A stretch of DNA of 64,000 nt from Polyangiales bacterium (GCA_044229975.1 JBGARZ010000012.1:192001-256000), one strand, 5' to 3'; positions 40,942-51,245 are shown, numbered from the stretch's first letter. The notes: generated by a model not told the origin, from the sequence alone. A program made the numbers and translations.

Positions 40942-43404
40942 ATGCGCGTACCGCTCTCCTGGCTGCGTTCGTTTGTCCCCGTCACCCTCGACACCCCCGC
41001 GCTCATCGAGCTGCTCACTCGCGCGGGTCTCGAAGTCGACGCCGTCCACACCGTCGGCGCCCTCGACCCGCAGGTGCGCGTCGGCCGCGTGGTCGCTCGC
41101 AAGAGCGTCAACAACACGCCCCACCTCACCGTCGACGCGGGCCCCGATCACCCTGCGGTCAGCGTCATCACCAAGGCGCCCAACGCCGAGCGCTTCGACG
41201 TCGGCGCTGCCGTCGCCATCGCCCTCCCCGGCGCAACCATCATCGACGGACACGGCGACGACTTCGCCCTCGTCACCGTCGCGACGGCCAAGGTCTACGG
41301 GGTGATGTCCGAGGGCGTTCTGTGCTCTGAGCGCGAGCTCGGCCTCGGCGACGACCACTCCGGGCTCATGGCCCTCCACACCGACGCCCCCAGCGGAACG
41401 CCCCTCTCCACCGTCGTCTCCGTCCCCAAGGACGGCGAGGCCGATGAGGTGCTGGAGGTTGCCATCCTGCCCAACTTCGCGCGCTGCCTGTCCATGGTCG
41501 GCATGGCCCGCGAGGTCGCAGCGCTCACCCACGCCACCGGGAACTACGACGTCGCGCTCGACGACCTCGACGTCGTCCCTGGCGCAGTCGACGCGCTCGT
41601 CACGGCCACCGACTCGTGCCGACGCTTCAGCACGGCGCGCGTCGAAGGCGTGCGGGTGGTCGCGTCGCCGCGGTGGATGCAGCGGCACCTCGTTCTGGCG
41701 GGCGTGACGGTCATCGACCACCTCGTCGACGTCACCAACTACTGCATGATCGAGCTCGGGCAGCCGATGCACGCCTACGACATCGCGCGCCTCGGGGCAC
41801 CGACGGTGGGCCTGCGCCGGTCGCGCGCGGGCGAGTCCATGCGGCTGCTCCACCAGAAGGCCGACGAGGCGCCCGCGGTGCTGCCGGACAACACGCTGGT
41901 CATCACGGCGGCCGACAAGCCCGTCGGCGTGGCCGGAGTGATGGGCGGGGCGGACACTGCCATCGGCAAGGACACCACGGCGGTGCTGCTGGAGAGCGCG
42001 TGCTTCGACTGGCCGGCGGTGCGGCGCAGCAGCGCGGCGCTGAAGATACACACCGACGCCTCGACGCGGTTCGCGAGGGGTGTGGACCCGACGCTGAGCG
42101 GGCGGGCGATTCGTCGCGCGGTGAAGCTGTGGCGCGAGTGGTCGTCGCCCGACTTGAAGGTGACCGCGACGGGCGACTGGCAGCGGGCGCCCATCACCGA
42201 AGGGGTGGTCGGGTTTACCCTGTCGGGTATCGCCGGGTTGCTCGGACTCGAAGTGAAGCGCGACGAGCTGACGGCTGCGCTCGCCCAGGTGGGCATCGCG
42301 GTGCGCGACGCGGGCGGGGCGTTGGAGGCGGTGGTTCCGCCGGGGCGCGAGGACGTGACGCGGCCGTGCGACATCGCCGAGGAGTTCGCGCGGGTGACGG
42401 GCTTCGATCGCATCCCGGAGACGATGCCGTCGGAGGCGCTGCCCTTTCACACGCCGTCGCGGCGGTACGCGCTGCGCGAGGGGCTGCGCGATGCCCTCGT
42501 GCGCGGCGGGATGCAGGAGCTGCTGACCTACTCGCTCATCGCGCCGGAGTCGGAGTCGCTGCTGGGCGCAGAGCCCGCCGAGACGCCGCGGCTGCGGGTG
42601 ATGAACCCCATCAACGTCAACCGCACCACGCTGCGGCGCACGCTGCTCGCGGGGCTCATGGAGACGCTGCGCGAGAACCACCGGCACACGCCCGACGCGC
42701 AGGTGTTCGAGATCGGCGCGGTGTTTCTCCCGGAGGAGCCGTCGCCGTATGGGCGCGGGTTGCCTGCGGAGAAGCTGCGGGTGTCGTTTGCGCTGCTGGG
42801 CCGCGTCGACCGCACCTCGCTGCACGGCGGAACCAACCGCGACGCCGACTACTTCGACGGCGCCGCGGTGGTGGAGCACCTGCTGCGCGCGCTGCGGTTG
42901 GGTGACGTGGCGGTGGAGGCCGACGAGGGCGCGCCGTGGCAGCCGGGGCTCTGCGCGACGCTGCGACGCGGCGGGAAGAGCTACGGGCGTTTCGGGGTGG
43001 TGCACCCGGACGTGTGCGCGCGCTTCGACCTGGAGGGCAAGCGCGTGGTGGCGGGTGAGCTCGACCTCGATGCGTTGCTGGATGTGGCGGGGACGACGTT
43101 CAAGACGGCGGCGCCGCCGAGGTATCCGTCGCTGCCCATCGACGTGTCGATGTTCGTGGAGAAGGGCGTGAGCGCGGGCCAGGTGGTGCGCGCGGCGCTG
43201 GGCGTCGGCGACGCGCTGCTGAAGGGCGTCACGGTGATCGATGAGTTCAGCGGGGCGCAGGTGCCGGAGGGGATGCGGTCGCTGACGGTGCGGCTGGACA
43301 TCAACGCGCCCGACCGGAACCTCACGGTGGCGGATGCGACCGCGGTGCGCGCGGCGGTGACGGCGGCGCTGACGAAGGACCTGCGCGCGCAGGTTCGGGA
43401 GTAG
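40942..43404 (+). CDS. pheT: Phenylalanine-tRNA ligase beta subunit
   Basis: MRVPLSWL, SEGVLCSEREL, VDVTNYCMIELGQPMHAYD, STRFARGVD, DIAEE, FDX-ACB tail. Confidence 0.96.
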   Translation: MRVPLSWLRSFVPVTLDTPALIELLTRAGLEVDAVHTVGALDPQVRVGRVVARKSVNNTPHLTVDAGPDHPAVSVITKAPNAERFDVGAAVAIALPGATIIDGHGDDFALVTVATAKVYGVMSEGVLCSERELGLGDDHSGLMALHTDAPSGTPLSTVVSVPKDGEADEVLEVAILPNFARCLSMVGMAREVAALTHATGNYDVALDDLDVVPGAVDALVTATDSCRRFSTARVEGVRVVASPRWMQRHLVLAGVTVIDHLVDVTNYCMIELGQPMHAYDIARLGAPTVGLRRSRAGESMRLLHQKADEAPAVLPDNTLVITAADKPVGVAGVMGGADTAIGKDTTAVLLESACFDWPAVRRSSAALKIHTDASTRFARGVDPTLSGRAIRRAVKLWREWSSPDLKVTATGDWQRAPITEGVVGFTLSGIAGLLGLEVKRDELTAALAQVGIAVRDAGGALEAVVPPGREDVTRPCDIAEEFARVTGFDRIPETMPSEALPFHTPSRRYALREGLRDALVRGGMQELLTYSLIAPESESLLGAEPAETPRLRVMNPINVNRTTLRRTLLAGLMETLRENHRHTPDAQVFEIGAVFLPEEPSPYGRGLPAEKLRVSFALLGRVDRTSLHGGTNRDADYFDGAAVVEHLLRALRLGDVAVEADEGAPWQPGLCATLRRGGKSYGRFGVVHPDVCARFDLEGKRVVAGELDLDALLDVAGTTFKTAAPPRYPSLPIDVSMFVEKGVSAGQVVRAALGVGDALLKGVTVIDEFSGAQVPEGMRSLTVRLDINAPDRNLTVADATAVRAAVTAALTKDLRAQVRE

Positions 43405-43451
43405 GCCCCCACTTCCGATCGCGGGGGGGCCGGTGGTAAGGGGTCGGGACG

Positions 43452-44372
43452 ATGTCCCGAACGACCTTGCTTGCGAACCGATGGATGTTGATGGCCGCGC
43501 TGCTCGTGGGGGGCGCCGCGTGCGCGACCGGCAACGGCTCGGACAACGGGATCGACCCGGTGGCCGACGGCGGCTTCGACAAGGAGGACACGGGGACGGA
43601 GAAGGATGCCGGGTTCGTCGAGGACCGGTACTTCCCGAAGGACACGGGCGCAGCGACCGAGGACGTCGGTGAGGCCGATGCGGGCGCGATGGACAGCGGG
43701 GTGGTTGATCCGCCGGACGTCGGGGTCGACAGCGGAGCGCGCGACGTCCAGGTGGCGGACACCGGGACGCGGGACACGGGTGTGTTGGACGCAGGGCCGC
43801 GAGACGTCGGGACGCCGGACACCGGGGTGATCGACAGCGGGCCGCGAGACGTGGGGACACCGGACACGGGACCGCGGGACACGGGCGTGATCGATACGGG
43901 ACCCGTGGACACCGGGCCGAGGGACACGGGGACACCCGACGTTGGGACGCCGGACGTGCCGCCGGCGTGCGTTCCGATCACGGAGGTCTTCAACGGGCGT
44001 GATGACGACTGCGACGGGGTCGTCGATGAGGGGTTCACGACCAACGGTATCGAGATCACGTGCACGGCCAACCTGCCGACGCTGCCGGACTCGGACATCG
44101 ACGACGGCGGTGGGACGGGCAGTCGCGACGGGCTGGAGGGCTTCTGCGTGCGCGGGATCCTGCGCTTCTGCCTGACAGGCGAGGCGTGCCCGTGGCGCGG
44201 CGGAGCGACGACGACGGACGACCTCCAGACGTGCTCACCGGCTGGGCTGGTCGGGCCGTCTTACTTCATGGCGTATTACCGCACCGGGTGGTTCTACTCG
44301 GGCGCTGGGCGCTACGACGAGTGGTACTGCCCGCCCAACGGGCGCCTGCGGATGGCGCTGCGACCGTTCTGA
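43452..44372 (+). CDS. Lipoprotein with D(T/V/S)G pentapeptide repeats and MopE-like Cys motif
   Basis: Lipobox AAC; DTGPR/DVGTP repeats; EVFNGRDDDCDGVVDEG. Confidence 0.75.
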   Translation: MSRTTLLANRWMLMAALLVGGAACATGNGSDNGIDPVADGGFDKEDTGTEKDAGFVEDRYFPKDTGAATEDVGEADAGAMDSGVVDPPDVGVDSGARDVQVADTGTRDTGVLDAGPRDVGTPDTGVIDSGPRDVGTPDTGPRDTGVIDTGPVDTGPRDTGTPDVGTPDVPPACVPITEVFNGRDDDCDGVVDEGFTTNGIEITCTANLPTLPDSDIDDGGGTGSRDGLEGFCVRGILRFCLTGEACPWRGGATTTDDLQTCSPAGLVGPSYFMAYYRTGWFYSGAGRYDEWYCPPNGRLRMALRPF

Positions 44373-44438
44373 CCAAAGCGCTTCTCACCTTCCACTGCCT
44401 CGACATCACCGCCGCGCGCGCGGACCATCCCTCTCGCG

Positions 44439-46190
44439 ATGACCTCCCCCGCGCTCGACCTCGCCATCAACGACGGCCTCTTCTTCGACGGCACCGGCGC
44501 CCCGGCTCGCTCGGTGAGCGTCGGCATCCGCGACGGCCTCGTCGCCGAGCTGCGCGACACTCCCTTCACCGCCGCCGAAGCGCGCGAGCTCATCGACGCT
44601 CGCGGCCGCTGGGTGATGCCCGGCTTCGTCGACCTGCACACCCACTACGACGCCGAGCTCGAAGCCGCGCCCGCGCTGTCCGAGTCGCTGCGCCACGGGG
44701 TCACTACGCTGCTCGTCGGGAGCTGCTCGCTCGGCACGGTGCTCTCTTCGCCGCTCGACATCGCCGACATGTTCACGCGCGTCGAGGCCATCCCCCGCGA
44801 GCACGTTCTCCCCATCTTCGAGTCCAGGAAGACCTGGAACACCCCGCGCGAATACCGCGACCACCTCGACTCGCTCCCGCTCGGTCCCAACGTCGCGGCC
44901 TTCCTCGGTCACTCCGACCTGCGGTGCTCCGTCATGGGCCTGGAGCGCTCCGTCGCCGACGACGCCCGCCCCACCGCCGACGAACAGCGCGCCATGGAGC
45001 GCACCCTCTCCGACGCCCTCGACGCGGGCTTCGTGGGCCTCTCGGTCAACACCAACTTCTGGGACAAGCTCGGCGGAACCCGCCTGCGCTCCCGCCCCCT
45101 CCCCGGCGCCTACGCGAGCTGGCGCGAGATCGACCGCCTCGCCGCCGTCGTGCGCGACCGCGACCGCGTGCTCCAGGGCATTCCCAACATCTCCAGCAAG
45201 TACGACGCGCTGCTTCTCTTCTGGGAGAGCCTCGGGGTGTTTCGGAAGAAGCTGCGGACGACCATCGTCTCGATGGCGGACGTTCGCTCCAACCGGCTGA
45301 TCTATCGGGTGCTCGGTTGGATGACCCGCGTCGCCAATACCCTCTTCGGTGGTGACGTTCGCTTCCAGGCGCTGCCGGTTCCGTTTCAGATGTACGTCGA
45401 CGGGCTCGACGCGCCCATCTTCGAGGAGATCGGCGCGGGCACCGCGGCGCTGCACATCGAAGAGATGGCCGAGCGCACGGAGCTGCTGCGCGACCCGAAG
45501 TACCGCGCGTGGTTTCGCCGACAGTGGACCAGCTTCCTGATGCCGCGCGTGTACCACCGGGATTTCCGCGACTCGAAGGTGGTCGAGTGCCCTGATGCGT
45601 CGCTCGTGGGGCGCTCGTTTGCCGACATCGCGAAGGAGCGCGGGACCGACGCGGTGGAGGTGTTTCTCGACCTGTGCGCCGAGCACGGGGCGAAGCTGCG
45701 GTGGTTTACGACCATCGCCAACGACCGACCCGATCACCTGCGCAACATCGTCGCGCACCCCGACGTGCTGGTGGGCTTCTCCGATGCGGGGGCGCACCTG
45801 CGCAACATGGCCTTCTACAACTTCGCGCTCTTCGCACTTCGCATGGCGCGGGACGCGAAGCGCGATGGGGTGGAGTTCATGAGCATCGAGCGCGCGGTGC
45901 ACCGGTGCACGGGGGAGATCGGTGCGTGGCTGGGGCTCGACGCGGGGCGGCTGGCGGTGGGGTCGCGGGCCGACGTGGTGGTGGTCGACCCGGCGAAGCT
46001 CGACGAGATCGACAACATGGTCGAAGCGCCCATGGCGGAGTTTGGCGGGCACGTTCGGATGGTGCGGCGCAACGACGGCGCGGTGCCTGCGGTGGTGGTG
46101 CGCGGACGGGTCGCGCTGCGCGATGGGGTGCTGGCGGAGGCCTTGGGGCGAGAGAAGGGCTTTGGCGGGTTTCTCGCAGCGGGGCTCTGA
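44439..46190 (+). CDS. N-acyl-D-amino-acid deacylase / amidohydrolase
   Basis: FDGTG, PGFVDLHTHYD, GSCSL, FSDAGAH, GSRADVVV. Confidence 0.9.
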   Translation: MTSPALDLAINDGLFFDGTGAPARSVSVGIRDGLVAELRDTPFTAAEARELIDARGRWVMPGFVDLHTHYDAELEAAPALSESLRHGVTTLLVGSCSLGTVLSSPLDIADMFTRVEAIPREHVLPIFESRKTWNTPREYRDHLDSLPLGPNVAAFLGHSDLRCSVMGLERSVADDARPTADEQRAMERTLSDALDAGFVGLSVNTNFWDKLGGTRLRSRPLPGAYASWREIDRLAAVVRDRDRVLQGIPNISSKYDALLLFWESLGVFRKKLRTTIVSMADVRSNRLIYRVLGWMTRVANTLFGGDVRFQALPVPFQMYVDGLDAPIFEEIGAGTAALHIEEMAERTELLRDPKYRAWFRRQWTSFLMPRVYHRDFRDSKVVECPDASLVGRSFADIAKERGTDAVEVFLDLCAEHGAKLRWFTTIANDRPDHLRNIVAHPDVLVGFSDAGAHLRNMAFYNFALFALRMARDAKRDGVEFMSIERAVHRCTGEIGAWLGLDAGRLAVGSRADVVVVDPAKLDEIDNMVEAPMAEFGGHVRMVRRNDGAVPAVVVRGRVALRDGVLAEALGREKGFGGFLAAGL

Positions 46191-46413
46191 CACCAGGCGG
46201 GCTGTCAGGCGCCCTTGTTCCTGGCGTCCCAGACCTTCGGCTCCCAGAGCTCAACCTTGTTGTCGTCGGGGTCCATGATCCACGCGAACTTGCCGTTTTC
46301 GTGCGACTCGGGGCCCGAGATGACCTTCACACCTGCCGCCCGCAGTTGCGCCGTAAGCGCTGCACGAGCCCGCGTTCTTCCGTTGTCGATTCGTCGGAGG
46401 CAGGGTTCGCGGT

Positions 46414-46755
46414 ATGGCGATTGTCTCTTCCAGAAAGATGTCCGGTTCGGTTCCTTCCACGGTGCAGCGATGGCGAGAGCGGGTGGACGCATGGCGGACG
46501 AGCGGCCTGACGGCGGACGCGTTCGCCGCGGGCCAGACGTTCTCCGCAAGCACGTTGCGCTGGTGGTCGAGCCGTCTTGGGCGCGCACCGTCGGTCGCGT
46601 TCCTGGAGTTGCTGCCACGCCCCTCGACGGCGTCGCCTCCGCCTTCCTGTGACCTGGTGATCGAGGTGGGCCCCGCACGCGTCCGCGTCACGCCGGGCTT
46701 CGACCCGACCCTCCTGACCGCCGTGGTGCGCGCTCTCGCCGAGGGGGCGCGATGA
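46414..46755 (+). CDS. tnpA: IS66 TnpA accessory protein
   Basis: WRTSGLT..FA, STLRWW, RVRVTPGFD. Confidence 0.85.
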   Translation: MAIVSSRKMSGSVPSTVQRWRERVDAWRTSGLTADAFAAGQTFSASTLRWWSSRLGRAPSVAFLELLPRPSTASPPPSCDLVIEVGPARVRVTPGFDPTLLTAVVRALAEGAR

Positions 46756-47105
46756 TCCCCGTCGGGGTTCAGGTCTTCGTCGCGCTCGAGCCCGTCGATC
46801 TGCGCTCGGGCTTCGAGCGCCTCGCGGGCCTCGCCCTGCAACACACCGGCTACGACGCGCGCAGCGGGGCGCTCTTCGTCTTCGTCGGCCGGCGAGGCAC
46901 GGCCGCGAAAGTACTGTTCTTCGACGGCACCGGGCTGTGCCTGTTCCACAAGCGCCTCGATCACGGCGTCTTCCGCGTGCCGGTGGCGGCGCCCGGCGCG
47001 ACCCATCTGGAGATCGACGAGGCGACCTTCGAGACGCTGCTCGATGGACTCGCCATCGCGCCAGAGACCGCCCCCGCACGACCGCCGCGGCGCCGTCTGC
47101 AATGA
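46752..47105 (+). CDS. tnpB: IS66 TnpB accessory protein
   Basis: PVDLRSGFERL, LFVF, KVLFFDGTG, KRL. Confidence 0.92.
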   Translation: MIPVGVQVFVALEPVDLRSGFERLAGLALQHTGYDARSGALFVFVGRRGTAAKVLFFDGTGLCLFHKRLDHGVFRVPVAAPGATHLEIDEATFETLLDGLAIAPETAPARPPRRRLQ

Positions 47106-47155
47106 ATCTTACCTGATGATGTAAGATTCACTCGACAACGGATCACGCGCTGCCT

Positions 47156-48937
47156 ATGGGTCGCGCGATGTCTCCGCGCACTCCCTCGACGACTCCGCCC
47201 ACCGACGCGGCGCGCCTCACGGAGCTCGAGCGGGAGAAGGCCGCGCTGACCGAGCGCCTCCACGACACGGAGGTCTCACTGGAGCGCGTGCGACGGGCGT
47301 ACACGCACGCGCTCGAGCAACTCCAGCTGATGCGTCGTCGGCTCTACGTGGCCTCCGCCGAGCGCGCCGAGGTGGACGCCACGCAGCTCGCCTTCGACGC
47401 GATGTTCGACCAGGTCCAGTCGCTCTCCAAGGCGCTCGACGCGGCCGCGCTGGCCGAGGGCGACGAGGGCGGGGAGGACGACGAGGCGGGCGCCAAGACC
47501 AAGCGCAAGCGCAAGACGCCGCCGACGGGCCGCCGCGACCTCGCCGAGACGGACCTGCCCGTCGTTCGCGTCGAGCTGATCGACCCGGAGATGGAGGGGA
47601 CGGCCGAGCGCATCGGCTTCGAGGAGAGCTCGCGGCTCGGCTATGAGCGCGGCGGCGCGCGGCGCATCGTCGTCGCCCGCGCCGTCTACAAGGTCGCCGA
47701 GACGGCGGTTGAGCCTGCGGCGGATGCTTCAGCGGAGTCGTCGCCGACGTCCGAGACGCCGCCCTGCTTCGTCACCACGCCGCTGCCGCGGGAGCTGTTC
47801 CGGCGGGCCTTGCTGGCGCCCTCGATGATCGCCCACGTGCTGGTGAGCAAGTACCTGTTGGGCGTGCCCTTCTACCGCCTGGAGCAGAGCTTCGCGCTCC
47901 AGGGCTTCACGCTCGATCGCGGCACCATGAGCCGCTACGCCGAGGACGTCGGCGCGACCCTCGGCGCGATCGTCGAGGCCGCCCGCGACGAGGCGATGCG
48001 CACCGCCTTCTGTCTCTCCACCGACGCCACCGGCGTGCGCATCCAGCCCGGTCCGCTGCAAGAGCGCCAACGTGGCCCCTGTCGCAAAGGGCACTTCTTC
48101 GTGGTGCTCGCCGACCGCGACCACGTCTTCTTCGAGTATCAGGAGCGGCACACCTCGGCGGCGGTCTGCTCGATGTTCAAGGGATACTCGGGCTACCTCC
48201 AAGCCGACGCCCACGCCGTCTACGACGCCCTCTTTGCGGGTCGGCCGCCCGTCGGAAAGCCGCCCGATCCCGAGCAGGGCCCGCCCCCCAAGGAGGTCGG
48301 CTGCTGGAGCCACTGCCGCCGCGGGTTCTGGGAGGCCGCCGTCTGCAAGCAGGCGATCGGCGTTGAAGGTCTGCGCCGCATCGACGCGATCTTCGCCGCC
48401 GACCGCGCCCTGGCCGACCTGCCGCCGGCGCTTCGCAAGCGGCGTCGGGAGGAGCGCGTGCGCCCGTTCGTGGACGCCTTCTTCGCGTGGGTCGAAGCCG
48501 AGGCCGTCGTGCCTCGTCCGCGGGGCTACGCCACGTCCGCCCTCGGTTACGCGAGGAACCAGGTCGGCCCCTTGCGGCGCTTCCTGGAAGACGGTCGATT
48601 GCGACTGGAGAACAACGGGTCGGAGCGGGCGCTGCGGCCCATCGCTTCGGCGCGCAAGTCGTGGCTCTTCTTCGGCAGTGACGACCACGCCTCGGCCGCC
48701 GCCAACCTCTTCTCGCTGGTGGCCTCCTGCAAGCTCCACCGGCTCGATCCCGAGAGCTACCTCGCCGACGTCCTGCGCGTCATGGCGTACTGGCCTCGCG
48801 CTCGGTACCTCGAGCTCGCACCCCGGTACTGGGCCGAGACCCGCGGACGACTCGACGCCACCGAGCTCGCGCGGCCCCTCGGGCACGTGACCGTCCCCCC
48901 GCCGCGCGCGGCGGAAGAAGAGACGACGACCGACTGA
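47156..48937 (+). CDS. tnpC: IS66 DDE transposase
   Basis: KYLLGVPFYR, TDATG, LQADAHAVY, CWSHCRR, ENNGSERALR, RKSWLFFGS. Confidence 0.95.
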   Translation: MGRAMSPRTPSTTPPTDAARLTELEREKAALTERLHDTEVSLERVRRAYTHALEQLQLMRRRLYVASAERAEVDATQLAFDAMFDQVQSLSKALDAAALAEGDEGGEDDEAGAKTKRKRKTPPTGRRDLAETDLPVVRVELIDPEMEGTAERIGFEESSRLGYERGGARRIVVARAVYKVAETAVEPAADASAESSPTSETPPCFVTTPLPRELFRRALLAPSMIAHVLVSKYLLGVPFYRLEQSFALQGFTLDRGTMSRYAEDVGATLGAIVEAARDEAMRTAFCLSTDATGVRIQPGPLQERQRGPCRKGHFFVVLADRDHVFFEYQERHTSAAVCSMFKGYSGYLQADAHAVYDALFAGRPPVGKPPDPEQGPPPKEVGCWSHCRRGFWEAAVCKQAIGVEGLRRIDAIFAADRALADLPPALRKRRREERVRPFVDAFFAWVEAEAVVPRPRGYATSALGYARNQVGPLRRFLEDGRLRLENNGSERALRPIASARKSWLFFGSDDHASAAANLFSLVASCKLHRLDPESYLADVLRVMAYWPRARYLELAPRYWAETRGRLDATELARPLGHVTVPPPRAAEEETTTD

Positions 48938-49334
48938 CGACGGGGAGTCCATGCGTCCGTGCATCGTGGCGATTGAGACTCGCCACGTCGAGAACGCGGG
49001 CTCGTGCAGCGGTTACGTTGCGCCAGCAGCCCATCGAGGTCGTCGACCCGGTAGTTGATCATGAAGGAAGACGAGCTCGGGCTGAACCACTGGCTGTCCT
49101 TATTCGCGACATGCCACACGGTAAGTCCCTGATCATCGGCCTTGTCGTCTGGCCACTTCAGAACGGCGCCGCCAAAGTCTTCCAGCGCCATGCCCAGATG
49201 CTCCCGATACCACGCGGCAAGGGCAGTGTGGTCGCCCTTGCTCTTGAAGAAGACGCCGCCGATTCCGGTAACCTTCGCCATCGTAAAGCCTTCCTGATTC
49301 CTCGTAGCCGCCGATGTCTCGCAGCGAGCGACGT

Positions 49335-49997
49335 TCAGCCATCAGTCGGCCGAAGTGATCGCAGCCACCGAGGGTAGTCCTGTGCGTAGTAGCCGACCAG
49401 AGTGCCGGGGAGCTTCGCCCGCGCCGCATCGACGCCTTCCGCCTTGTAGCAACGCCGGATACGCTCCCGCTCCTCGTCCAGCGTGGTGCGCTCCTCCAGC
49501 GTGGGCATTCGTCGGAGGCGGCCCATTGGGCGAGGAATCGGGGCGAGCAGGCGCCGAACTCGCTCGGCCTGGATCATGAACTCCTCGTCGCCCGGCGCGG
49601 CAGCGCGACCCTCGATCGCGCAGACGGCGCAGTCCACGATCCACTGCTTGTGCCCGGACACCTTGTTACGGACCGAGAGCAACGGCGCCAGAAACTCCTC
49701 CCGTGGTTCGAGCATCGCCAGCCATGCTCCCCAGACAACACCCCGCCACGTCAGCTCGAATAGAAGCATTTCGAAGAAGCCGCGGTTCAGAACGCCGAGG
49801 TTGCGAAGGCAGGTGTAGAAGAACTCCAGGGGCTCGATCTGGAGCGCGGGATAGTCGCCGAGGGCCGCGGCGCACTCTTCACCAGCCTCAAGCTGCCACT
49901 TCAGGTGCCTGAGCGCCGAGGCGGGCTTCGCCATGACCAGATACCGACTCGCGCGGAGGAAGTGTGCAACGTCCTCGCGGTAAGGTCGTTCGGTCAT
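49335..49997 (-). CDS. Cassette-like hypothetical protein (possibly DUF6000-like)
   Basis: ATG 49997 just after an attC-like remnant; LLFELTWRGVVWGAW. Confidence 0.6.
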   Translation of the reverse strand: MTERPYREDVAHFLRASRYLVMAKPASALRHLKWQLEAGEECAAALGDYPALQIEPLEFFYTCLRNLGVLNRGFFEMLLFELTWRGVVWGAWLAMLEPREEFLAPLLSVRNKVSGHKQWIVDCAVCAIEGRAAAPGDEEFMIQAERVRRLLAPIPRPMGRLRRMPTLEERTTLDEERERIRRCYKAEGVDAARAKLPGTLVGYYAQDYPRWLRSLRPTDG

Positions 49998-50005
49998 CTG
50001 CGTCT

Positions 50006-50050
50006 GCCCAAGGTAATGAGATTCAGCCGCCGCCACTAGAGCGCGACCAC
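50006..50050 (-). repeat. Degenerate attC remnant
   Basis: gcccaa...gccgccgc...gcgcgac colinear with the R'/L' half of the 91-bp attC. Confidence 0.4.
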
Positions 50051-50068
50051 CCGGTGTCTTCGCCGTCG

Positions 50069-50494
50069 TCACTGCGGGGGCGCCTTCCATCCATGGCTCA
50101 CCAACCACGCGATCAACTCGCCGGGGTGGACGAGTCGTGCATCGCTGCTCCAGCCGCGCCAGCGGATGAAGTCAGGATGGATGTAGCTCACGGTGGCGAG
50201 CAACTCGCGGCCGACAACGAAGTTCAAATCGAGAACCCCAGGTGTCATCAGAACCGACCCTTCTGCGAAGGATCGGTCATCCACCTCGATGCAACGCCGC
50301 AGGTGCTCCAGCGCTGCAGAATCTGTTGCAACGAACAACGGCTTCGTGCGGCCGCGATGGCGCGGGTCGAGCTCTCCGACGTGGGTAACTCGCACGGACG
50401 TCGCGTTCGTGATCGCGGTGGTGAGGGCTGCGGAGTTCACGATTGGTGACCTCCCGGACCTTGAAGGGCTGGTGTCATCACGGCGCTCGGCCAT
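50069..50494 (-). CDS. Cassette hypothetical protein
   Basis: ORF between attC-like sites; FIRWRGWSSDARL. Confidence 0.6.
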   Translation of the reverse strand: MAERRDDTSPSRSGRSPIVNSAALTTAITNATSVRVTHVGELDPRHRGRTKPLFVATDSAALEHLRRCIEVDDRSFAEGSVLMTPGVLDLNFVVGRELLATVSYIHPDFIRWRGWSSDARLVHPGELIAWLVSHGWKAPPQ

Positions 50495-50533
50495 GAAAAC
50501 GAGGGGACGCCGGATCGATTGGTGGCGCAAGGC

Positions 50534-50608
50534 GCCTCACGGCATCGCAGCACCTCAGGCAGATTGGTGGGCACATTGGAAGCGGTCGGCACCATCGGCT
50601 TGTTCGGC
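50534..50608 (-). repeat. Half-degenerate attC (R''/L'' intact, R' GTGAGGC)
   Basis: gcggtcggcaccatcggcttgtt block (50582-50604) shared with the intact attCs; other half diverged. Confidence 0.7.
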
Positions 50609-50631
50609 AGGTCTTGCATCGAGACCACGTC

Positions 50632-51225
50632 CTACCTTCTCGCGAGCCTCATTGACATACCGGGCATGTTCGGGACCCACGCCAAATCGCCGCACCGCTG
50701 CCTCTCGGCTGGGTTTGCCTGGCGCTCTTCGTAAAGCTTCTGCCAGCGTTCGAGTTCCGCCTCGTAGCCATCTACCATCTTGAACACCCACGTAGCGAAT
50801 GACAGCGGCGGTCGAGCGACCTGATCAGCCTCGTCATCACCACCGAAACCGCTCCACACCAACGGATCGTCCGCTCCGAACTGGGCCGCCATGAGCATAC
50901 CGCTGTGACAGTGGAAAGAAAACACCAGACTCTCGACCCCTTTTCGAGTCTCGATTGGAGGCTCTGAATCTTCAGACATATTTCGTAGAAATACCTCCCC
51001 GTCCATCGTTGCCTCGAGAAAGCAAGCCAGCGGCAAGCACGAGTAGAACTCCCGCAAAGCGCGCGGCACGTGGTGCCCGCAACTGGACTCGAACTCCGCC
51101 AGACCGACCTCTGTCCCGAGCCTCAAGAACCAGTCAGGCACTTGATCTCGGAGCGCGATGACCTCGGGGTAGCGGAAGTAGCCACGCGCTTCCGCAAGCT
51201 CAAACGCGCGCTTCAGGTGGTACAT
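50632..51225 (-). CDS. SMI1/KNR4 (SUKH)-like protein, cassette
   Basis: LAEFESSCGHHVPRALREFY, DDPLVW, SFATWV. Confidence 0.6.
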   Translation of the reverse strand: MYHLKRAFELAEARGYFRYPEVIALRDQVPDWFLRLGTEVGLAEFESSCGHHVPRALREFYSCLPLACFLEATMDGEVFLRNMSEDSEPPIETRKGVESLVFSFHCHSGMLMAAQFGADDPLVWSGFGGDDEADQVARPPLSFATWVFKMVDGYEAELERWQKLYEERQANPAERQRCGDLAWVPNMPGMSMRLARR

Positions 51226-51245
51226 AGGGTCTCCACTCCGCCCGC

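Larger units (their letters stand above)
46353..49016 (+). mobile_element. IS66-family insertion sequence, 2664 bp
   Basis: 26-bp terminal IR GTAA(G/C)CGCTGCACGAGCCCGCGTTCT with 1 mismatch; 8-bp TSD GTTGCGCC (46345-46352, 49017-49024); tnpA-B-C. Confidence 0.97.
46205..49281 (-). pseudogene. VOC/glyoxalase gene interrupted by IS66
   Basis: 5' part MAKVTGIGGVFFKS...NYRVDDLDGLLAQ (49281-49017) rejoins in frame with LRAAGV...DPDDNKVELWEP (stop 46205). Confidence 0.9.
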
